From positions 1 through 43,310 of IMG/VR virus record IMGVR_UViG_3300009678_000027: 43,310 bases of DNA; one strand, 5' to 3'. Positions 37,195-43,310 of the stretch are shown here, piece by piece. How positions within the stretch are numbered: the first letter of the stretch is position 1; every line of letters starts with the position of its first letter. Made by a program: the position numbers and the translations under genes. The notes beneath the pieces were generated by a model. It was not told where the DNA came from and did no database searches. It saw only the letters and a list, made by a program, of their open reading frames with translations. Source of the DNA: a virus. Taxonomy: Duplodnaviria > Caudoviricetes.

Positions 37195-37445
37195 TTAGCG
37201 GGTCAACACTACGCGGGGGCAAAGGATAAAAGGCTACAACCCGGGGACTGACAAGTAGCCAATTGCAGCCCAATGAAAGAAGCATGTCAGAATGGAGACT
37301 GATCCTCCAAGAGTAACTTTCAAGCTTATAGACGCAGCGCTCTATGGGATACTTCGAGCCGGTAGGCCCAGTCCTCAGTGCAAAGTAGGTGGATTTCGCT
37401 GAGGCGGAGTCTGCCCTATCATCAACCAATAGAAAACCCGAACCT
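37195..37445 (+). ncRNA. Candidate structured non-coding RNA or origin region
   Basis: GC-rich, no credible ORF; stems ggctac/gtagcc, ctgaca/tgtcag, ggag/ctcc, ataga/tctat, gcc-ggta-ggc, cctcagtg/cgctgagg. Confidence 0.45.
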
Positions 37446-37453
37446 CTTGCAAT

Positions 37454-37879
37454 ATGACTTCTATTAAAACACAAGCTAAACAAGCAACTTTAGAACAAAG
37501 AAAGAGAGCACTTAAAAAAAATGCTACTCAAGGAGAAATAGTATTGAAAGGATTATTAATGATTCTTGTAAAAGAAAAGAAGATTCCTAAAAGAGTAATG
37601 TTTCAAAAGGGATTGATCGCAGGGAATGGATATTGTATTGTAGATTTTTACTTACCATTTCTTGGATTATGTATAGAAGTTGATGGCGGGTATCACTTCT
37701 CAACTAAGCAACAGTCTTATGATAATTGGAAAAACAATTACATAATCAATGAAAGGAAAATGCGAGTGCTTAGAATAAACGATAAAGAATGTTACGACCT
37801 AACTCCTGAACTTCTGTTGTCCTACATCCATCACGCAAAGCAAGCCAAATTAACATACTCTAAAAATTATTTCAGGTAA
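37454..37879 (+). CDS. DUF559/Vsr-like PD-(D/E)xK endonuclease
   Basis: LKKNAT.GE, FQK, IVDFY, IEVDGGYH, YD..K, VLRI. Confidence 0.88.
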   Translation: MTSIKTQAKQATLEQRKRALKKNATQGEIVLKGLLMILVKEKKIPKRVMFQKGLIAGNGYCIVDFYLPFLGLCIEVDGGYHFSTKQQSYDNWKNNYIINERKMRVLRINDKECYDLTPELLLSYIHHAKQAKLTYSKNYFR

Positions 37880-37914
37880 ACTATTGTCTACTATACATTT
37901 ATATAGTATAATTG
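37877..37914 (+). promoter_or_regulatory. Promoter (TATAATTG) of HTH gene with two degenerate operator palindromes
   Basis: TAAACT-AT-TGTCTA 37877-37890; TATACA-TT-TATATA 37892-37905. Confidence 0.55.
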
Positions 37915-37919
37915 CATTC

Positions 37920-38072
37920 ATGAAGGTTGAAATAGAAAACTTGAAAACTGTAGGAAATTACAGTAAAAAGATAAAGCGTAACCGCTCCAGAGTTTATCAG
38001 ATGATAAATGAAGGAAAGGTAAAGACTGTTAAAATAAATGAAGTCATATTTATTGAAGATAAAGACAAATGA
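37920..38072 (+). CDS. Small excisionase/Cro-like winged HTH protein
   Basis: KTVGNYSKK...RSRVYQMINEGKV..VKIN.V.FI. Confidence 0.75.
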   Translation: MKVEIENLKTVGNYSKKIKRNRSRVYQMINEGKVKTVKINEVIFIEDKDK

Positions 38073-38101
38073 AACCTAACCGCAATCTTTCAATAGCATG
38101 A
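38069..38101 (+). CDS. 10-codon ORF MKPNRNLSIA
   Basis: ATGA overlaps at both ends; same peptide begins the ORF at 38277 with 7 synonymous codon differences. Confidence 0.5.
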   Translation: MKPNRNLSIA

Positions 38102-38280
38102 CTATCCTAGCAACAGATAAAGACCAAACCGGTATAGTATTACTTGAAAAAGACATCCGCACCGCAATAAAACATTACGATGCAAAAGCTCAATCTGTAA
38201 CTATTTTACTTGGCTCGATGGCCATAAGAATATCTATCCATGAAGTTCAAGAGCTATCACTTTACCTAGCAACTGTATGA
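38098..38280 (+). CDS. Hypothetical protein
   Basis: 60 aa, ATGA overlaps. Confidence 0.55.
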   Translation: MTILATDKDQTGIVLLEKDIRTAIKHYDAKAQSVTILLGSMAIRISIHEVQELSLYLATV

Positions 38281-38657
38281 AACCCAATAGAAATCTCTCC
38301 ATCGCCAGCAAATACATAGACAAACAGATCCTCAAGCTAAAAGCTGAACAGGACAAACTATTGTCTACAGTAATGAAAGCTAACATCGAAATCAATCTGA
38401 TAGAAGAACAGATCAAATGACTGAAGAAACAACAGGAGTATTTGATAGGCGAGTCTGAAACAACAGCTAATAAAGTTGATTCATTACCAAAAATTGGAAG
38501 CAACCCAATGATTTCTAAGGAAATTGATTCCATGAAAAACGTTGAAATCACAGAAACTTTAAAGGAATCACTCGCTAAAGAGCGTAAAGAATATGCGCAA
38601 AAACGTATTCAAGAACTTGAAAAACAGCTGTCTGCATTAACCGGCGACGTCAGTTAA
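38277..38657 (+). pseudogene. Coiled-coil gene interrupted by in-frame TGA (38418-38420): readthrough, pseudogene or two genes
   Basis: Same frame on both sides of the stop; both halves resemble 39760..39948. Confidence 0.5.
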
Positions 38658-38671
38658 AAACAAAATGGCAA

Positions 38672-38938
38672 ATGGAAATAAAAAGTAATAAACTAATTCT
38701 ATACATTAATAACGAGCCTATTGAGGTTCTATCTGGAATTGATTTAACTACTGTCGGGGATTACACTTCATGCACAACTGAAATAAGCGGTGAATACACG
38801 TTTGAAGCCGGTAAATGGGAACCTGAATATACACTTGAGGCGCAATGGAAATATAATTGGTGGATGGCAAGAACACTACCTAGAAAGCAGAAAAAGGCTT
38901 ATCGTAAGAAATTACTTAAAATGCTTTATGGAAATTAA
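38672..38938 (+). CDS. Hypothetical protein
   Basis: 88 aa with LPRKQKKAYRK motif. Confidence 0.65.
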   Translation: MEIKSNKLILYINNEPIEVLSGIDLTTVGDYTSCTTEISGEYTFEAGKWEPEYTLEAQWKYNWWMARTLPRKQKKAYRKKLLKMLYGN

Positions 38939-39051
38939 GTCAATACGTCGCCCTGGTCAAACTTCTCAAGGAAAGGTATATACTTCTAATGCTTTTTATT
39001 TGAGTAAGCCATAAGTAGTACAAATATAAAAAAATATAGTACCTTTATGGC

Positions 39052-39198
39052 ATGAGAACACGAAAAATTCAGGCAAAAGTAGAACCCGAATTAGAAATTC
39101 ATGTCAAGAAACAAAAGGATTTTAAAAAAAGCATGAGCAACTATATTCGCGAGGCGCTTATACAACGGTCTAAGTATACGCCAAAACAAAAGGTATGA
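39052..39198 (+). CDS. 48-aa ribbon-helix-helix DNA-binding protein (not in ORF track)
   Basis: RKIQAKVEPEL...SMSNYIREAL; TACCTTTA box just upstream. Confidence 0.65.
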   Translation: MRTRKIQAKVEPELEIHVKKQKDFKKSMSNYIREALIQRSKYTPKQKV

Positions 39199-39293
39199 TA
39201 GCAGGAGCGATATTATTTTCAATTTTAGGAGTAGCTATGGTGATCGGTCTTTCGTCATTGGCTTACTATGAAATTAAACACTGGAATGATTAG
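39195..39293 (+). CDS. 32-aa single-TM peptide (not in ORF track)
   Basis: MIAGAILFSILGVAMVIGLSSLAYYEIKHWND; ATGA overlap. Confidence 0.5.
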   Translation: MIAGAILFSILGVAMVIGLSSLAYYEIKHWND

Positions 39294-39320
39294 AGTCTTC
39301 AACGTAGTAAAGTACATCCA

Positions 39321-39734
39321 ATGAAGCCAAAAGCAATAATTGTCGATATTGATGGAACACTTGCAAAAATGTCCGGCCGTGGACCTTTCGAGTGGCATCG
39401 TGTTGGTGAGGATAAAGTCAATGAGCCTATAAAATCAATTGTTAATTTATACGCCAGTATTTGTAATGTTATCATCTTCTCCGGGCGTGATGGTTGTTGT
39501 ATGCCACAGACAATCAAATGGTTGAAGGATAATGACATAAGCTACAATTCAATTCTTATGCGGCCTGAAGGCAATTACGAAAAGGATGCCATCATAAAAA
39601 GACGTCTGTATGATAATCATATTGTTGGTAAATATGACATTCAGTTTGTTTTAGATGACAGGGATCAGGTAGTTGAAATGTGGCGTAAAGATTTGGGGCT
39701 TACCTGTTTACAAGTTGATTACGGTAATTTTTAG
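39321..39734 (+). CDS. HAD phosphatase, T4 PNK 3'-phosphatase-like stand-alone domain
   Basis: IVDIDGTLA, FSGR, LMRPEG, K, LDDRDQVVEMWR. Confidence 0.92.
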   Translation: MKPKAIIVDIDGTLAKMSGRGPFEWHRVGEDKVNEPIKSIVNLYASICNVIIFSGRDGCCMPQTIKWLKDNDISYNSILMRPEGNYEKDAIIKRRLYDNHIVGKYDIQFVLDDRDQVVEMWRKDLGLTCLQVDYGNF

Positions 39735-39759
39735 AGTTTTCACACCATAAAGCTAAAGC

Positions 39760-39948
39760 ATGTCCAGAAATATTAAGTCCGCAACAAAGTTTCTACAGAA
39801 GGAAATTGAAGCTCAAAAGAATATTGTTACAACTGAGACTCTTAAAATGTCAATCTCCAGGGAGAACTTTGAAAAAGCCGCAAATCGTATCCAAGAACTT
39901 GAGGAGCAGTTAGTTAAGTTAAACGGAGGGGCGTATGCTTCATTATGA
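39760..39948 (+). CDS. Coiled-coil protein paralogous to 38277..38657
   Basis: KEIE..KN..TETLK.S..E....RIQELE.QL..L.G shared. Confidence 0.7.
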   Translation: MSRNIKSATKFLQKEIEAQKNIVTTETLKMSISRENFEKAANRIQELEEQLVKLNGGAYASL

Positions 39949-40181
39949 GATTTTTAATAATTATAGTTATCTTCTTAGCTTCCTGTTCTGGTGAAGATCC
40001 TAAACCTCAGAAGCCTTGTGAGCAAATTAAAATAGAGCTTGAAGCTGCTCAAAAAGCCCTTGTAGAGCATTATGCAAAAGGATCGACAGGCAATCAGGAT
40101 GTATGGTTAAACACGTTAAATAACCTCATTAGAACCAGGGATGAGAAACAAGCTGAATACACTTCGAGATATTGTTTGTAA
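39945..40181 (+). CDS. Small lipoprotein
   Basis: Lipobox FLASC; two further Cys. Confidence 0.7.
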   Translation: MRFLIIIVIFLASCSGEDPKPQKPCEQIKIELEAAQKALVEHYAKGSTGNQDVWLNTLNNLIRTRDEKQAEYTSRYCL

Positions 40182-40190
40182 ATTGCTTTT

Positions 40191-40640
40191 ATGGCTGATG
40201 TAGGAAGACCCACCAAATACGATCCTGATTTTAACTTTCAGGTTGAGAAGCTATCAAAATTAGGGGCAACTGATAAGGAAATAGCTGATTTCTTCGATGT
40301 TTCCGAAAGCACAATAAACCTTTGGAAGATTGAATATCCAGAATTTTCGGAGTCCATAAAAAAAGGTAAGGTACTCGCTGACTCAAATGTAGCTCAATCA
40401 CTATATCATAGAGCCATAGGATACCAACACGATGACACCGATATTCGGGTAGTAGACAAAGAGATAGTGGAGACTCCAATAATCAAATACTATCCCCCAG
40501 ACCCCACAGCAGCGATCTTTTGGCTTAAGAATCGCAGGCCTAAAGAGTGGAGGGATAAGTCACAAATGGAGGTTGAACACTCAGGGGATGTTATTTTCAG
40601 AGGTATGAACGTGATTAAACCCAATGATCCAGGTACGTGA
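40191..40640 (+). CDS. terS: Terminase small subunit
   Basis: GRPTKY, GATDKEIADFFDVS, YPEFSESIKKGK, PPDPTAAIFWLKNR. Confidence 0.92.
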   Translation: MADVGRPTKYDPDFNFQVEKLSKLGATDKEIADFFDVSESTINLWKIEYPEFSESIKKGKVLADSNVAQSLYHRAIGYQHDDTDIRVVDKEIVETPIIKYYPPDPTAAIFWLKNRRPKEWRDKSQMEVEHSGDVIFRGMNVIKPNDPGT

Positions 40641-41961
40641 TTTCGTTCATGATCCAACTTACAAGCAATACATAGCTTTAGAGAAATTAGCCGATTTTGA
40701 GTCTAAATACATTCTTTTTGGTGGTGGAGCTGGCGGTGGGAAGTCATGGATCGGTAGTGAATGGCTTTTGGATATGTGCCTTTGTTACCCTGGCGTTCGG
40801 TATTTTATGGCAAGGGAAGAGCTAAAAAGCTTAAAAGAGACAACGGTTAAAACCTTTCACAAGGTAGCCAAACACCATAACGTTTTAGATGCTTTCAGAT
40901 ACTATGAACACTATTCTGCAATAAGGTTCTTCAACGGCTCAGAGGTTTCGTTACTTGAGTTAAAATACATTCCTTCGGATACTATGTTTGAGCGGTTCGG
41001 ATCAACAGAATTCACAGGAGGCCTTATTGAGGAGGCAGGTAAGGTTCATTTTAACGCATTTGATACCCTTAAATCAAGGGTAGGTAGGCATTTGAATGAC
41101 CAATACAACATTCCAAAGAAGGTTTTAATCACTTGTAACCCAAAAAAGAACTGGCTTTATCATACATTCTATAAACCCTGGAAAGAAAACCGTTTAGAAG
41201 ACGGGTACATATTTATTCAATCGCTTGTAAGTGAGAACAACAAGATCGATAGCGGTTATTCTGAGTCATTAGATGAAATTAAAGACCCTACTACTAAGAA
41301 AAGGTTAAAATACGGGGAATGGGAGTATGAAGATGATCCACTTTCCCTTGTTGACTACGAAAATATCCTTAACATATTCACAAATGAGTATGTAGAGGGC
41401 GGAACCAAGTACATCACAGCAGATATTGCCCGTTTTGGTAACGATAAGGTTAAGATAAGGGTTTGGGATGGACTTAGAGTGATTGAAAAGGTTACAAGGG
41501 AGAAGTTAAAGGTAACCGAAAGCGCTGCTTTGATTAAACAACTGGCGAATAAGCACAGAATACCTATGTCAAACGTCATTGTGGATGAGGATGGCGTAGG
41601 CGGTGGAGTAGTTGATATACTTAATTGTAAGGGATTTGTGGCCAACTCAAGCCCTCTGCATGGTGGCAACTTTGATATGCTTAAAAGCCAATGCGGATAC
41701 CGATTATCGGAGCTTATTAATCAAAATTTGATCTATGAAAACGAACCTAGCCCAGCACAACGCGAGCAAATCATAGAGGAATTGGAACAATTAAAGAAGA
41801 AAAGTGAATCTGAAGATAAGAAACTAGCCATTATGCCAAAGGATATAATTAAAGATTTGATAGGTAGAAGTCCTGATGACTTGGATACTTTTATAATGCG
41901 TGCATGGTGGGAGCTTAAGCCAAAGAAGGTAACAGGGTTAAATATTTCGTTCCATCGATGA
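40624..41961 (+). CDS. terL: Terminase large subunit
   Basis: Walker A GGAGGGKS, Walker B GLIEEA, TCNP, nuclease ADIARFGND, DEDGVG, RSPDDLD. Confidence 0.96.
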   Translation: MIQVRDFVHDPTYKQYIALEKLADFESKYILFGGGAGGGKSWIGSEWLLDMCLCYPGVRYFMAREELKSLKETTVKTFHKVAKHHNVLDAFRYYEHYSAIRFFNGSEVSLLELKYIPSDTMFERFGSTEFTGGLIEEAGKVHFNAFDTLKSRVGRHLNDQYNIPKKVLITCNPKKNWLYHTFYKPWKENRLEDGYIFIQSLVSENNKIDSGYSESLDEIKDPTTKKRLKYGEWEYEDDPLSLVDYENILNIFTNEYVEGGTKYITADIARFGNDKVKIRVWDGLRVIEKVTREKLKVTESAALIKQLANKHRIPMSNVIVDEDGVGGGVVDILNCKGFVANSSPLHGGNFDMLKSQCGYRLSELINQNLIYENEPSPAQREQIIEELEQLKKKSESEDKKLAIMPKDIIKDLIGRSPDDLDTFIMRAWWELKPKKVTGLNISFHR

Positions 41962-42203
41962 TTTATTATCGTGTAGTTGAAATTTGTAAGGCTTATGATT
42001 CCTTTTTTGGTGAAGGTAAGGGATGGATCTATTGCTCCAATGGCTTTTTAGACTACAAAACCGCCATTGAATATGCGATCAATCGCGATAGGCAATTTCC
42101 GTGGAATAAGACATGGGTTGAAGCTGATTCAATGACTGACACCGAATTTAATTCTGTTCCTGGCTATTGGTGGCACGAAAATTCCCCGATTAACATTTAT
42201 TGA
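41958..42203 (+). CDS. Hypothetical protein
   Basis: 81 aa, ATGA overlap with terL. Confidence 0.55.
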   Translation: MIYYRVVEICKAYDSFFGEGKGWIYCSNGFLDYKTAIEYAINRDRQFPWNKTWVEADSMTDTEFNSVPGYWWHENSPINIY

Positions 42204-42219
42204 TACCAAATAATATTCT

Positions 42220-42998
42220 GTGATAACCTTTAAAATCAACAAAGAGAAGTTTAAACTCCCGACCTCGTGGTCGGACGTTACCTATCAACAGTATGTAGCC
42301 TTATTAACTCTTCCTGATTCCTTACTACATCAGATCAACCTGTTCACTAAAATAGGACTAGACATCCTGTTCACTGCGGAACTGCGGAACCTTGAAAGCA
42401 TATCACAGGCCTTGTCATTCTTAAACATTGCGCCTAAAGTTGTAGAAGATAAACCCACCCGTATGGTAGGTGCATACACTTTGCCAAAAGATTGCACCAT
42501 TGAGTCATTAGCGCAATTCGAAGACTTGAGAGGACTACTTAACAAACGTCCACCGGATTTATCAACGGTAGATAACCGGGTACAATTTGCTGAACTGTGT
42601 TTAGAAGCGTGTGCCATTTACATTCAGAAACTAAAGGATGGGAAGTATGATTCCTTGAGGGTACCACAGGTAAAGGACGATTTAAGAGAAGAGAGTTGTA
42701 TTGAAGTCATCCAGTCGGGTGGTTTTTTTTTAGCCAAGCCACTACATACATCAATGAATATGCGGCTTCGCTACCAGAAAGTAATGCAACGGCTGAAGAG
42801 GTTGCTGCAGGACTTACCAGGTTATCAGAAGTCTTTGGATTTTCTGCAACACTCTTCGAAGCAGGGGAAAGGATGAGCGTCAACCCGCAACACTTTATGG
42901 AGTGGAGTGCTAGGGAGTTCTGGCACATGATACGTTATCACGCATGGAAGATGGACGCTACAAGGGAATATTCTAAAATAATGGCTGAAAAGAAATGA
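42220..42998 (+). CDS. Tail assembly chaperone-like gene; 0 frame ends 42876, -1 frameshift at T9 (42723-42731) extends it to 42998
   Basis: LPTSWSDVTYQQY N-terminus; GGT TTT TTT TTA; open, protein-like -1 frame ending in ATGA overlap with next ORF. Confidence 0.65.
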
Positions 42999-43147
42999 AA
43001 AAGAAATATCTAAAGTACCATCCATCAACATTACCAATTGTAGATATTAATATGCCAGGACTTGAAGTAAAAAAATTAGAGCTTGAGGTAGAGGAGTTAC
43101 GAAAAAAAAGCCTTAAACTCTCTAAATCAATGAACAAGTATAAATAA
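42995..43147 (+). CDS. 50-aa hypothetical protein (not in ORF track)
   Basis: MKKKYLKYHPSTLP...; overlaps stop of the -1 frame. Confidence 0.45.
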   Translation: MKKKYLKYHPSTLPIVDINMPGLEVKKLELEVEELRKKSLKLSKSMNKYK

Positions 43148-43176
43148 TTAACTGAAATTTTGCATATTTGATACCG

Positions 43177-43310
43177 ATGTCACATCAATCGGTAAGATTC
43201 CTTTTACGAGACGTTTCAAACTCCTTAGCAGATAATATCGAATTCAAAGGCGGTAGGGAGACAGAATTTAACAATCTCATAGCCAATAAGTCAAATAAAA
43301 CGCACTACCG
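43177..43310 (+). CDS. 5' part of junction-spanning tail gene
   Basis: ATG 43177 after catatttg; continues in frame into 2..490. Confidence 0.7.
   Translation, partial: MSHQSVRFLLRDVSNSLADNIEFKGGRETEFNNLIANKSNKTHY
43188..43310 (+). repeat. Terminal direct repeat, right copy
   Basis: Identical to 1-123. Confidence 0.97.

Larger units (their letters stand above)
1..43187. mobile_element. Complete circularly permuted tailed bacteriophage genome, siphovirus-like, probable Bacteroidota host
   Basis: Terminal 123-bp duplication; terminase, portal, protease, capsid, tail tube and tape measure genes; no host housekeeping genes; TAnnTTTG promoters. Confidence 0.93.

Noticed and set aside
37255-37376. 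Group I intron-like words (aattgcagcc, gagactg, cagtcc)
   Set aside because: Could not build P3/P4/P6 or find interrupted exons by eye; needs a covariance-model search
37121-37483. 120-aa minus-strand ORF over the structured region
   Set aside because: Non-ATG start, atypical composition, runs against a plus-strand promoter and leader
38418-38420. Genome-wide stop codon reassignment
   Set aside because: TGA, TAG and TAA all end well-formed genes elsewhere; no suppressor tRNA seen
1-43310. CRISPR array, tRNA, integrase/att site, DGR or retron
   Set aside because: No repeat-spacer array, cloverleaf, recombinase or reverse transcriptase motif recognised by eye

Overview
The window looks like one complete, circularly assembled tailed-phage genome of about 43,187 bp: bases 1-123 recur exactly at 43188-43310, and one ORF reads straight through the junction. 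The tape measure and tail tube, with no sheath gene, suggest a siphovirus. The host is probably a Bacteroidota, judging from TAnnTTTG-type promoters, scarce Shine-Dalgarno sites, ATGA gene overlaps, a Gln after a signal peptide and D-S/T-hydrophobic glycosylation sequons. The + strand carries terminases, tail genes, tape measure, ClpP-type prohead protease, capsid, tail tube, portal, fibres and small membrane genes. The - strand block (28976-36944) carries early, replication and recombination genes (helicase, DNA methylase, NinG, SSB-like). I could not recognise an integrase, CI-type repressor, DNA polymerase, primase or endolysin. The most interesting signals are: (1) five glycosyltransferase-like and two sugar O-methyltransferase genes inside the virion operon, a candidate virion glycosylation and methylation pathway; (2) four two-hairpin RNA elements, unrelated in sequence, in which a terminator-like loop is complementary over 7 nt to an upstream loop; (3) a GC-rich structured non-coding stretch of about 250 nt in front of a DUF559-like nuclease; (4) short C-terminal peptide motifs that may dock fibres; (5) a T9 site whose -1 frame extends a chaperone-like gene; (6) a 10-codon ORF duplicating another gene's N-terminus with synonymous changes; (7) a sequon-packed lipoprotein with a degenerate zinc-protease motif. 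All family names come from reading motifs by eye; no searches or folding programs were run.
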